A DNA stretch of 64,000 nt from Octopus bimaculoides (lineage: Eukaryota): positions 1,730,585-1,794,584 of the forward strand of contig NC_068998.1 in assembly GCF_001194135.2 (NCBI RefSeq). The letters run 5' to 3'. Shown piece by piece: positions 1 to 12,635 of this stretch (its first letter is position 1; each line of letters opens with the position of its first letter). Under the pieces are notes generated by a model that worked only from the letters and a program-made list of their open reading frames with translations, made no database searches and was not told where the DNA came from. A program made the translations under genes and the position numbers.

Positions 1-28
1 ATCAGCTTCGAAAAAGATATAAAGAAAT

Positions 29-175
29 CCGGCAACCCAATTTTCGCTCCGATTCGCCATCTTCAATAATAGGTTGGGTTTCCGGTAGCAAAATTTAGCC
101 GAAGATTCTCGTTAAGAGCGCCCCCTGGAGGCGGGGGGGCATTTCACTCAACTTTTCGTAAACGTTGCTAAGGTC
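29..175. promoter_or_regulatory. CpG-containing promoter/insulator-like island
   Basis: YY1/Pho-type CGCCATCTT (55-63) lies inside an 11/12 inverted repeat (29-40 / 74-85). A CTCF-type motif is at 117-131 and an RFX half-site GTTGCTAAGG near 165-174. Motif-based only. Confidence 0.4.
117..131 (-). promoter_or_regulatory. CTCF-type binding motif
   Basis: The minus strand reads CCTCCAGGGGGCGCT, matching the CTCF core CCASYAGRKGGCRS at 13/14 positions. Confidence 0.55.
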
Positions 176-271
176 AGCGTTGTTTTCGTTATTGTTGTCG
201 TTGTTGTTGTTGTTACCATTTTCTGGAGCAGGAAATCACACTTCAAAGGAATTTATTCTTTGCTGGAAATG

Positions 272-280
272 TAGGTGAGT
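272..280 (+). other. Consensus splice donor (possible end of a non-coding first exon)
   Basis: TAG|GTGAGT about 150 bp downstream of the promoter-like island. No transcript evidence. Confidence 0.25.
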
Positions 281-471
281 AATATGGAGGCTGCTGCCAG
301 CTTCATTCTAGAAACGGCACCACACTGTTCCAAGTGATGGATGGGGTGGACGGATGGGGGAAAGTGGAGCAATGACCGCGGACTTAGTATTGTGTTGTTG
401 GCCCATTGCTTGTTGTTGTTGTTGTTGTTGTTGTTAAGCAAAGTATAATCCAAGTTCATCCTATGATCCAA

Positions 472-500
472 GATGTTCCAGCCATGACCATCCCATTTCG
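472..500 (+). repeat. Unclassified dispersed repeat family C, head fragment
   Basis: GATGTTCCAGCCATGACCATCCC matches the heads at 26838 and 36292 and the reverse complement at 1361-1386. Confidence 0.55.
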
Positions 501-1251
501 ATTTTTTTCTCCGGCAAACAGCGTGACCCGGGGCTAATCAACAAACACAATCGGTTTATATATATATATATATATTACATTATGTATAGGTATGTATGCA
601 CATATATATATGTATATGTATGTATGTAGGTATGTATACATATATGTATACATGTATGTATGTATGTATGTATGTATGTGTATATATTCCCGAAGCACCA
701 ATAGAAATTAAGATATCTCTGTAGATTTCCAGTAGAAAAACGTCCAACTATAGAATTTCTATGAAGGATTTTGGGGTTATATTCTTGGAAAAGGTCAACT
801 TTAGTGATAAATTGTCCATTTAGAAAAGAAGAAAAACACATCAATTAAATTGTGAAAAGATAATTGTACAGACTCGGAATCTATTTGAGAAAGAATAATG
901 AAGTTGGAGAGAAAACATTTGTTAAACTTCACCAAATAAACTGGAAGAATGGGAAAAAAAAATCAATACATTTATTAAATGGATGATCGGGAGCGTATTT
1001 TTTGTGCATGCGTGCGCACGCGTGTGTGTGTATGTGTATGTGCATTTATATATTTGATTTTAACTTATTTTATTTTATTCTTTTCTTTGTAAGACATGAC
1101 AGAATTGTTCGCTTGAACGAGAAAGATCGTGACTGCCACTAACGGATGAGATTCTAACAAGAATCGAATTTCCAAACCTTCCACAGTTGATCACGTGTTT
1201 TTACTTTATACTGACAAATTCACAAACCAAACGAGAATACCTTTCAAAATG

Positions 1252-1388
1252 GTCGCCAGATGTGGTAGAAATAGCAGCGAAATTACCTTCAAAGAACACC
1301 ATACAGCTTCTTATAAAGCAATGGCTGCTTTAGATAATTTAGTACTGCATACTCTTAAAAAGACGAGATGGTCACGGTTGTACATCTG
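1252..1388 (-). repeat. Dispersed repeat family C
   Basis: The reverse complement has the head GATGTACAACCGTGACCATCTCGTCT and the tail GAAGGTAATTTCGCTGCTATTTCTACC, as in the copies at 26838, 36292 and 38400. Confidence 0.6.
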
Positions 1389-2004
1389 ATTATAAATCTG
1401 CTCATCAGGGCCGACCAGAGGTTAAACAACAACAGTCGACAGCAGCAACAGCAACTACTACAGTAACAACGCTTATTTATACCCCATTTATTAATACACT
1501 GTTTGCTGTCTTCTTTAATAATCCTCGCTGATGTATTGTAAAACTGATGCAACGATTAACAAAGAATGTTTTAAGGCTTTCAACATGGAACCGAAAAGCA
1601 ACCGACTCTGACATACCGGAAGTGATAAAATCGTTTACTTGTTTTGTATTTACAGTATTTCGATTGGAGATCGACTAATCCATGCGTTATTCCTGTTTGA
1701 TCCCTATAACTATCCTTTTCTAATCTATGAACCCACAGTCGTTAAAGGTTCACCATGCACCTCTTCATTTATGTACAGACATAGGCAAGATTTTATGGAA
1801 AGACAGCAGTCCCCGCCCCTTCGCTATCCAAGTTTATCCAAAGAGAAAAACCACCGACATGGGTCGATAGAATTTGGTACCGGTATCATCACAGACGATG
1901 TTATCAGAAGTCAAAGAGTCGGAAGAAATACCGCCAAGTACCATAATCCTAATCTTTTACCAGTCCTGTTTACATACTGCCCCATGGATTGGCAACATAA
2001 TCCT

Positions 2005-2095
2005 AAAACGTAAAGTTGATCTCGGCAGGATTTGAACGCCAGAAGCATTCTATACTGGAGCATTCTATCCAGCGCTCTATCCACTCTGCCAATTG
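2005..2095 (-). mobile_element. SINE family A, degenerate fragment
   Basis: AAAGTTGATCTCGGCAGGATTTGAAC...CTCTGCCA aligns to the reverse complement of the copy at 12636-12847. Confidence 0.55.
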
Positions 2096-2372
2096 GCCGC
2101 TGTGTGTCGTCATCGCATTAATTCCTATGCTGAACGGACGCTTCTCTGATTTCACAACGAAAACTCTCTCAGTTTCTCTCCCAACCCCTTTAAACGCACC
2201 CAGCTCTTCCATCGATTTCATCTTCAGACGTTGCTAGCGTCGTCTTATTGGTTGCCGCTGCCACTGATGACGATCGTGATGATGATGATGTTAAGGATAG
2301 TGCTAATTAATAGGAAGCTGATAATGATGTTGTTATGTTCACTGCTGCTCCAGCTGGTCCACGCATAGTCCC

Positions 2373-2403
<31 letters not shown>

Positions 2404-2489
2404 ATCGTCGTCGACGTCGTTGTTACCGTCGTTATTGGTGCTGTAGCTCCCATAGCGTTTTTTTTATTTCTTTCTGTTATTATTGCCTT

Positions 2490-2538
<49 letters not shown>

Positions 2539-2539
2539 G

Positions 2540-2570
<31 letters not shown>

Positions 2571-2597
2571 TACTATATAATAATAATAATAATAATG

Positions 2598-2631
<34 letters not shown>

Positions 2632-2745
2632 TAATAATAATAAGGAATGCTGTTGCTATTGTTCCGTTGCCTTAGTTTCACTATCGATGTCACCAACGTG
2701 GTACAGAATACTTCTTTTATTGATAAATAAGACGATAGATAGATT

Positions 2746-2801
<56 letters not shown>

Positions 2802-3029
2802 TGTACTGACATTCATGCATATACACGTTCCAATACATTAGCATGCATACATTTTTGCATATAAATACATACATGCATACACACATATACATACACACAT
2901 GTATACATACACGCATACATATATATATATTTATGTATTTATATATTTGTATACATACACATACATATATACAAGAAGAGAGGAGAACGGACAAAGAGAG
3001 AGAGAAATAGTTAGATGAGCGACTATATG

Positions 3030-3100
<71 letters not shown>

Positions 3101-3387
3101 GGTAGTTGTGATGCTGGTACTGGAGGTGATGACGACGATGACACCAGTTGTAAAGACAACAAAAGCAACCACACCATACTATTCAGAACAACAACAACGG
3201 AATTGCCAGCAACAATAAGAAGAGCAAGAAGAAGATCGGCACCGGTAAAAGTGTTTAATAAGTGAGACTTTGGCAGGTGGAGTGTTTAATAAGTTCAAGA
3301 TTTCACGGACAAGTCTACCCTCACTTTGTAGAAAAGCAGCCGAGAATCAATGCAATGCTCCGAAGATACATTTATCGTTTGTAACAC

Positions 3388-3484
<97 letters not shown>

Positions 3485-3983
3485 GGCAGACAGAGTGAGA
3501 GAGAGTGAGAGAGTGACATATGCAGTCTCCTGGAATGTCATTGTGTCACAGAATTTCCCCTGCAAGCACAACTGACATGTTGAACTGAACGAATATCAAC
3601 CACCGCTTTTTCTATCTCTTTTGTGTGGAGAATACACCTGTCATGTCTGCCGCATCCGCTGGCAATTCTTCTGCTTATTGTTAAAGCAATCATACAACTA
3701 TTCATTGGTCTTTCAGGTTTAAGTTCCCATTGTTGCTGCTGCTGCTGCTGCTGCTGCTGTTGTTGCTTTTGTTATTCTTCTCCTTGTTGTCGTCGACGTT
3801 TCTGTTGCTGCTGATGTTGCTGATGTTGCATAAGTAGCTGTTGTTGATGTTGTTGTCGTTGCTTGTGGTGGTGGCGGCGGTGGTGCTGATGGTGGTAGTA
3901 TTGTTGTTGTTGTCGTTTCTTATTCATGATGACGATGACGATGGTGTTGGTGATGATGATAATAACGATGATGGTGATTCTGG

Positions 3984-4024
<41 letters not shown>

Positions 4025-4213
4025 CCCTTGTGACGTTTTTCATCTAAAACTAGAAATAATGACAAAACGTGGAGATGGTCGTGATTGTTGTCTCGTAGCG
4101 GTGGTGGTGTTGGTGGTGGTGGTGGTGGTGGTGGTATTTCAGTTGGTGTTCGTCGCATTGGTGGCGGACTCTGAAAAATAAATTCTTTTATTTTGTACAT
4201 GATCAATACCACA

Positions 4214-4295
4214 GCAAATCCATGGTATTGAGCAGAATATTTGTTGTAGCCCATCTTTTATACCAAGACAAAACAACATACGACATAACTCTTCC

Positions 4296-4297
<2 letters not shown>
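4214..4297 (+). mobile_element. Dispersed repeat family D (probable retroposon 3' end with (TTA)n tail)
   Basis: GTATTGAGCAGAATATTTGTTGTAGCCCATCTTTTATACCAAGACAAAAC is the reverse complement of about 16220-16275. Both copies abut (TTA)n on the same side. Confidence 0.65.
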
Positions 4298-4357
<60 letters not shown>

Positions 4358-4404
4358 CATTATTATTATTATTATCATTATCGTCCTCCTCCTCATCCTC
4401 ATCA

Positions 4405-4465
<61 letters not shown>

Positions 4466-4512
4466 CATTATTATTATTATTATCATTATCCTCCTCCTCC
4501 TCATCCTCATCA

Positions 4513-4569
<57 letters not shown>

Positions 4570-5218
4570 AATTATTAATTTGTCATCACGCGGTGCAAAT
4601 CCAGCTGTTATTCGAGTCTGTTGTAAAGACCTCCTCGTCGTTTAGTTTCTGCTATAAAGGACTTGCTTGAGGAAAGCAGTTCCCCCCGTCAGCCCCGAGG
4701 CTATGTATAATGGACGGTGCTGATAGAACCATGGACAGTAACTTTGACTACGCTGTCATCAGCTCCTTCAACTACCACTTATAACCTGAAAGAGAAGTAA
4801 AGCAAGAAATCTCTTTCTTCCTCGAAAGTAACAAGTTTGATGTTTCAAATACTGAGAAGAACTTGAGTTTTGCTTGAAGATGAGATCGGAGGAAAGGGTA
4901 AGGAAAATATATGCGTAAAGTAGATGGTTGTGATTCTAGTATGCTGGTCTGATCCTCTTTAAGTGGATTATCACCCCCCCCCCATCAACCATATTTCGAA
5001 CATTCACAAGTTTATATACATTTAATTTTGTTTGTTTTTGTGCATACGTGTCTCTTGTAGTGGAACACTATACATATATACATAAATATATGTATATGTA
5101 TATATGTTTGTATATGTGTATGTATGTATGTATATGTGTGCGTATATGCGTGTATGTGTATGTATATATATGCATATGCATATATATATATATTTGTTAT
5201 ATCATATTATACTACATA

Positions 5219-5374
5219 GCAAATCGACCCCAGGACTTATTCTTTGTAAGCCTAATACTTATTCTATCGGGTTCTTATGCCGAACCACTATGTTACGGGG
5301 GATGTAAACACACCAGCATCGGTTGCCAAGCGATGTTGGGAACAGACACAGACACAGAAACATATATACACACA

Positions 5375-5421
<47 letters not shown>

Positions 5422-5577
5422 GACGGACTTCTTTCAGTTTCCGTCTACCAAATCCACTCACAAGGCTTTGGTCGGCCCGAGGCTATAGTAGAAGGCAATT
5501 TGCCCAAGGTGCTACGCAGTGGGACTGACCTGAAAACTTGTAGTTGGTGAGCAAGCTACTTACCACACAGCCACTCC
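5219..5577 (-). mobile_element. SINE family B (tRNA-like head), near full length, internal (TA)n
   Basis: The reverse complement starts GGAGTGGCTGTGTGGTAAGTAGCTTGC and aligns with the copies at 31708, 35294 and 62639. Confidence 0.9.
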
Positions 5578-6227
5578 GGTATATATAGTTTCTTTTCAGC
5601 CTCGCTTAGAACTTTACTTAGTATTTTATCGCATGACTCAGGGATAGAGATAAAGAAAAGGGCCGGGAATTCATCTCCCTTTCGTGTTGTTCAGACAAAA
5701 CAACGTTTATCGTCTTTTATGCCTGCCCGCCTGTACATATACACCTAAAGCAATAACCAAATCCGGGTGCTTGTTACTACGCCATACTCGCTCGCACGTG
5801 ACTGGGTGCTTCTATTAAGAAGAACACCTCGACATTTGCACACACACATCTGCATCCCACGTAGAACAAGGTAACACTCAGTACTTAGCCCCCGTGTTGT
5901 GTAAAGGGGTACTTTTATAGTAAGAGGAAACGGGAAAGCGAAATGAAACATTGTACTGTGCCCAACACACAGAGAAGGAAGAAGACTCATCAAAAGTAAG
6001 ACTAGAGAAATTAATAATAATAGTGATGATGATGATGACGATGGCATTGATACATTATTATTTGATATTGATTTCTACATCAGTTATATTGTACACACAC
6101 ACACACACANNNNNNNNNNNNNNNNNNNNNNNNNNNNNNNNNNNNNNNNNNNNNNNNNNNNNNNNNNNNNNNNNNNNNNNNNNNNNNNNNNNNNNNNNNN
6201 NNNNNNNNNNNNNNNNNNNNNNNNNNN

Positions 6228-6260
<33 letters not shown>

Positions 6261-6765
6261 CATACGTACATACATATATCTTTGTATATTTGTATGCTTA
6301 CAAACTTATTTAAGACTAAATTGTTTCCCCCCTGGCAAGAAATTTTATTAAAGATATAATAGGTTGCCTCCACATACACGCGCGCGCGTAAACACACACA
6401 TACACACACACAAACGCAGTCAGACAGATACGTGTGTGTGTATGCAGAGGATTGTATGTAGTATTATAAACGGGAGTACAGATACGTTTACAGAGTGTAT
6501 ATATTTCTATGAAACTGATGTGATGAAAGGAAGACTGAGCGAGTCGCTAGCTTCGTGTACACACACACGCACGCGCGTACTCACACACATATTTACACAC
6601 ACTCACACACACACACGCACATGTCGAGTATTTTTCCAAAAACCTCTTGAGAATATATTAATTTTCGATGTCTTGATATATATATCGCCATGTTTTGTTA
6701 TATAACACAAATGGGTATGTATGTATATATATATATATAAACTTTGTTTAAGGAGTAGACAACCA

Positions 6766-6812
<47 letters not shown>

Positions 6813-6837
6813 AATATGTGTATATGCATGCATATAC

Positions 6838-6869
<32 letters not shown>

Positions 6870-7290
6870 ATTCATATATACATAAATGTGTATCTGTGCA
6901 TATGTGCATGTATGTGTGTGTGTGTGTGTGCTGCTCCTACTTCTAATAGCCACTCCCCCTCCTACTGCAGCCAGTAAGTACAATGAATCGGCAACAATCA
7001 GAACAAAATGAAATTTAAGAACCATGTGATTTTTGTAAACTTAAAAACTGGTCCCATGAACAATTAATTTCATCTAATATATATCAATAAACTTTCTAAG
7101 GCATTTAAGCACGACTAAGTTGTCTTCTTAAGCGACTGAAACCGGTAGCGTAATGTCATAAAAGTGTAAAGAGTTTCGGTTAACGATGATAATTTGCTTT
7201 TTAATCATACATACATGCATGCATGCATACATACACACACACATGCATACATACATACATGCATACATGCATAGATACATACATATATAC

Positions 7291-7342
<52 letters not shown>

Positions 7343-7780
7343 ATGTATGCATGTATATACAGAGAGAGAGAGAGAGATGAGATGCTGTCAACTCTTGCAT
7401 TCTTGATCCTTGCCTGCAATAGCAAATGGAACCTATGTCCCAAAAGCTTGACATTTACAGGACTACATCTGTGGAGTTATATTAAATGTGAGAATAAGAA
7501 ACTTAGCCAAAGCTGCTTCGTTAGAAACATTTACATGATATCCAAAAACCTTCCGTTGTGTAATCCATGTAATCCATGCAGATTATCCCCAGATACGCAA
7601 ATCCTTCATTTCCTTTCGAGATAAACATGAAACAAAGAGGTGCTTAATTCCGCTTAAAAAATAATGTCTCTTGTATAAAACATCCATTGGAATTAATATT
7701 GCATCAGCCTCTCTAGTATGGGCTTAACTCTGACGGATAAGAAGAATTAAATATCATATCATATTATATTAAATATCAAA

Positions 7781-7915
7781 GCGCGGCTATGGCTGTGGCG
7801 GAGGAAGTCTGCTTCGCAACGACGTGGTTTGTAGTTCAATTCCAGCGAGTGGCATCTTAGGTAAATGTCTTCTGCTATAGCCTCAGGTCGATCAATGCCT
7901 TGTGAGTGGATATGA
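7781..7915 (+). mobile_element. SINE family B, diverged 5' half
   Basis: ...GTAAATGTCTTCTGCTATAGCCTCAGGTCGATCAATGCCTTGTGAGTGGAT aligns to the 5' half of family B. Confidence 0.75.
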
Positions 7916-8106
7916 ACTAAAGAATCGAGCGTGTGACAAACATGCATTCGTCGTTAAGAAGTTGTTCTTCAATGAGGAAAAGCAACAGCGATTAGTCTAC
8001 TCATGTTCGAATCTGCAGGAATGCTTCATTAAGGAATATGCAAGTCATAGTATATGCATATAAATATATGTATATACATATATACATGCGTTTATATATG
8101 TGTGTA

Positions 8107-8160
<54 letters not shown>

Positions 8161-8285
8161 CATTATTTTGTATTATATATATTAACGTATGCATAATATA
8201 AATATATATGTATATGTAATGTATACGTATGTTTATATATATATATATATACGTGTATATACGTGTATATGTGTGTGTATGTATG

Positions 8286-8316
<31 letters not shown>

Positions 8317-8491
8317 GTATATGCGTGTATAGTGTGTATGCGATATTTAATTCTCAATTCTATTAACTGTCAGACTATTGTTGTCATTCTCATTAATATT
8401 GGTATTGTTGCTGTTTGGGTTCAAATTGTTATTGCTGCTGTTGCTGCTGCTGCTACTGCTGATGATTGACCGTTGACCGAACACTATTCAA

Positions 8492-8655
8492 TTATTTTTC
8501 TCCGTGTTTTTCTCCTTGTCTCCGTATTCTTTCTGTTGAAGAGCGTAGCTCGAAACGTCAAAGACTTTCCGTATTCCCGAGCGTCATACTAATATATCCT
8601 TTTGTTATTTACACCACCTGTCCTCGTCTGTTGTTATTATTTGTATATTCTCCCA
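8492..8655 (+). mobile_element. Penelope-like terminal-repeat mini-element, copy 1
   Basis: Colinear with 20192-20366 (GAAGAGCGTAG(G)CTCGAAACGT...TTCCCGAGCGT..ACTAATA.ATC) and ends in (TA)n. The TGAAGA...CGAAACGT signature is typical of Penelope-like element termini. Confidence 0.7.
8528..8564 (+). ncRNA. Hammerhead-ribozyme-like motif (type I, short palindromic stem III, variant core)
   Basis: Stem I TCTTT (8528-32) / AAAGA (8560-64); core CTGTTGAA; stem II GAGC-GTA-GCTC; GAAA; loop-less ACGT stem III; GTC cleavage triplet. Confidence 0.55.
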
Positions 8656-9148
8656 TATATATATATATGTCCACATACACTTCCTTGTATACACACACAC
8701 ACACACACACACAGATATATATACACGTACAGACACATACAAGCATACCTTATGGTACATTTCACACACACACACACACGTGCACACACGCAGACGCACG
8801 TACACACACTCACACATAGATATATGCACCCACAAACAGCTAAACATATATCAGCATCTAAACACATTTATAAACACCTACATACATATTCACACACAAA
8901 CTTCTATCAATGCAACACATACATACACACACACACACATCGACACACACACACACGTCGACACACACACACATCGACACACACACATACACACAACCAC
9001 GCATACACTCGGGCATTTAGTTATATACTTATACACGCAATACACCTGCACACATACAAATATCAACTCACACACACACATAGTAATGACCGCCGACAAA
9101 CACACTCACACACATACATCGGTACAAACGCGATTGCGTGCGTGCAGA

Positions 9149-9196
<48 letters not shown>

Positions 9197-11282
9197 TAAA
9201 CACTTTCACAGTCACACAAACACATATACACACACATACACACGCCAAGACACACATACATACAAAAACGCTAGTAAGCCACTACACATATCAACTTAAA
9301 TAAATACCTACACACACACGCACGTGCACACATACATAGATGCACACACATACAAACACCTTTACACACATGCGCACACTAGCATACTCTAATAAACACC
9401 CACGTTCACCCACACATATATTACTATATGCTGAAACATACATACACATATATACATCTATTAGTGTATACTCACTCCTACACGCATCTACACATACCTA
9501 CTCACACACACACGCAAACACACTCATACAGACACACACACCTACGCACACACGTCCTCCCTCAGAGTACCAAAGTCACTGAAGCGTGATATCAAAGTTA
9601 CGAAACGCCAGTCGAAACTGTCCTTGTAGCTGGCAACGAAGTGATAAAGGCGTTAACAGGTTATCTCGGCAAGATGGCGGAATCTAAGACGTTTTGCCCT
9701 GTCTACGCATCACTGAACACAACTGAACAGATCGATATTACCATTATCAGATAGCTAAATAGATATGCCTCCACAGCATCTCCTTCGATTATACACTCCT
9801 TCCATTACTCTCACCATTTCAGCGTTTCACCACCACCACCACAAAACATTGACCCAAGCATTACTCCGACTATTCCTCCATCACTTTTTCTCCTCCTTTA
9901 TTTTCTCCCTCTCTCTCTCTCTCTTTCTCTTTCTCTTTCGCTGTCTCCTTCTTGTCTTCTGTTTCCATACGGTCGTCTGCATTTGTATATATTTATCAGT
10001 CACTAACTACGGTTACGTGAGTCCCGTTTAATTTTTAATTACATTTTGAGCACTTTAAGTGAAGAATACTCTTTGTCTGAACCACTTAAGATGTGTCTGA
10101 GGAGCCGAAGTTTGTCTCGCTGCTTCATAAATAAATAACCCCTCATAAATTTTATTCTGAGTTTAACAGTGTTTAACGCCACCTCATTAAACAGTAGTAA
10201 TCCAGTTAGATATAATGTCGTCTGATTCGGTACGTTCTGTCGTCCTTGACGCTGTTATATCTCATTCGACGTGACCGATTGCTATGCAGAGCTTCAACAC
10301 ACGAATCATTGAGTTTCCGCTCCAAAAAACGAAAGCGGAAACAAAAATGTTTGTCACCAAAGATAAATGAGGAGCTGAACACAAATACATTTTCTTTCTG
10401 TGGTATATCTGAAACACCTTCTATCTGTTCAATTTCTCTCATCTTTTCACTCGTGTGGTACCTTACAACTTTACTTTGTTATATATATATATATATATNN
10501 NNNNNNNNNNNNNNNNNNNNNNNNNNNNNNNNNNNNNNNNNNNNNNNNNNNNNNNNNNNNNNNNNNNNNNNNNNNNNNNNNNNNNNNNNNNNNNNNNNNN
10601 NNNNNNNNNNNNNNNNNNNNNNNNNNNNNNNNNNNNNNNNNNNNNNNNNNNNNNNNNNNNNNNNNNNNNNNNNNNNNNNNNNNNNNNNNNNNNNNNNNNN
10701 NNNNNNNNNNNNNNNNNNNNNNNNNNNNNNNNNNNNNNNNNNNNNNNNNNNNNNNNNNNNNNNNNNNNNNNNNNNNNNNNNNNNNNNNNNNNNNNNNNNN
10801 NNNNNNNNNNNNNNNNNNNNNNNNNNNNNNNNNNNNNNNNNNNNNNNNNNNNNNNNNNNNNNNNNNNNNNNNNNNNNNNNNNNNNNNNNNNNNNNNNNNN
10901 NNNNNNNNNNNNNNNNNNNNNNNNNNNNNNNNNNNNNNNNNNNNNNNNNNNNNNNNNNNNNNNNNNNNNNNNNNNNNNNNNNNNNNNNNNNNNNNNNNNN
11001 NNNNNNNNNNNNNNNNNNNNNNNNNNNNNNNNNNNNNNNNNNNNNNNNNNNNNNNNNNNNNNNNNNNNNNNNNNNNNNNNNNNNNNNNNNNNNNNNNNNN
11101 NNNNNNNNNNNNNNNNNNNNNNNNNNNNNNNNNNNNNNNNNNNNNNNNNNNNNNNNNNNNNNNNNNNNNNNNNNNNNNNNNNNNNNNNNNNNNNNNNNNN
11201 NNNNNNNNNNNNNNNNNNNNNNNNNNNNNNNNNNNNNNNNNNNNNNNNNNNNNNNNNNNNNNNNNNNNNNNNNNNNNNNNNN

Positions 11283-11320
<38 letters not shown>

Positions 11321-12118
11321 TGTATGTATGTATGTATGTACGTATGTACGTATGTATATTTGCAGATATTCTATATAATCTTGAAAAGAAAGGAATTGAT
11401 GGATAGAAAGTGACATTGCTGTAGAAGTTTACTTATGACGGTCTCAATGCACATTTGAGCGCGTACGCGCGTGTACGGGTGTGTGTGTGTGTGTGTGTAA
11501 GTGGAAGTGTGGATGCTCACAGTGATATAAATAGAAAGAGGGTGAGAGAGGGAGATAGATTTATATATGTATATACATTCATATATGTGTATATATACAC
11601 ACATATACACACACGCACACGCACTCACACACACACGCACGTACAAAGTATTCGTACTTAACCATTTCTAAAGAGATGCTGGTAATTAAGCAGCAACTCC
11701 TCAAGACGCTGGTGCTTACCATTATTATTCTGAGAGATTCTTTATTCGTACAAAGCGACCAACAGTAGTAAGCTTGCTTGTTTCCCTTGAAGAATATCCT
11801 GGAAGTCTTTGACAGACTTAAACCATAATGGTACATAGAACCGATTATGATGGATTCTTTAAAAAGACAAGCTTTTGTAGTTCCTGCCACAGATCTTATT
11901 CTATTCTTTATGTACCATTCATATACGCACATATATACACATACGTATTCATGTTCAAAGATATGCATGCACATACATACACATACATACACATACGCAA
12001 GCGCTCACACAGACACAAGCATCATGCCCACATACACACATTCACGCATACTGACATACAGATACACACGCACACAAAAGAAAAGATAGACTCACATCGT
12101 ACACATATACATGTATAC

Positions 12119-12190
<72 letters not shown>

Positions 12191-12635
12191 CCACGTTCAC
12201 ACACAAAAATGCACACACACATTCATATTAATACATAGCTTATGCTCACACGCGCGCGAGCGTATACACACACATGCACACATACACACACGCGCACACA
12301 CATCACACGTACACATACATACATTAACACATACACACGCGCACACACATATGCACACAAAGCTATAATACACATACAGACTCTCATCGAAGCACATTAC
12401 ATACGCGCACACAAACACTCAAACACACACACACTCACACACACACATACACACACACACACATACACACATACATCTCTCTTTCCCTCCCTCTCTCTCT
12501 CTCACACACAAGCAAACAAACAAAGAGAAAATTATGTGTATACATCCATCAGACGCTACACCACACACACACACACACACTGCATGGAGCAATCAGAGAC
12601 ACAGGTATAGCTATGTGATAATGAAGGTTCCTTAA

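Noticed and set aside
296-306. Shared 11-mer ATGAAGCTGGC at 296-306 (minus) and 63560-63570, giving similar RMKLAA peptides at both window ends
   Set aside because: Many 11-mer matches are expected by chance in tens of kb, and the similarity does not extend beyond a nearby CCATnTT.
4298-4578. Apparent ~120-bp tandem duplication inside the (TTA)n/(TCC)n block
   Set aside because: Explained by slippage or short-read assembly of an SSR; no independent signal.
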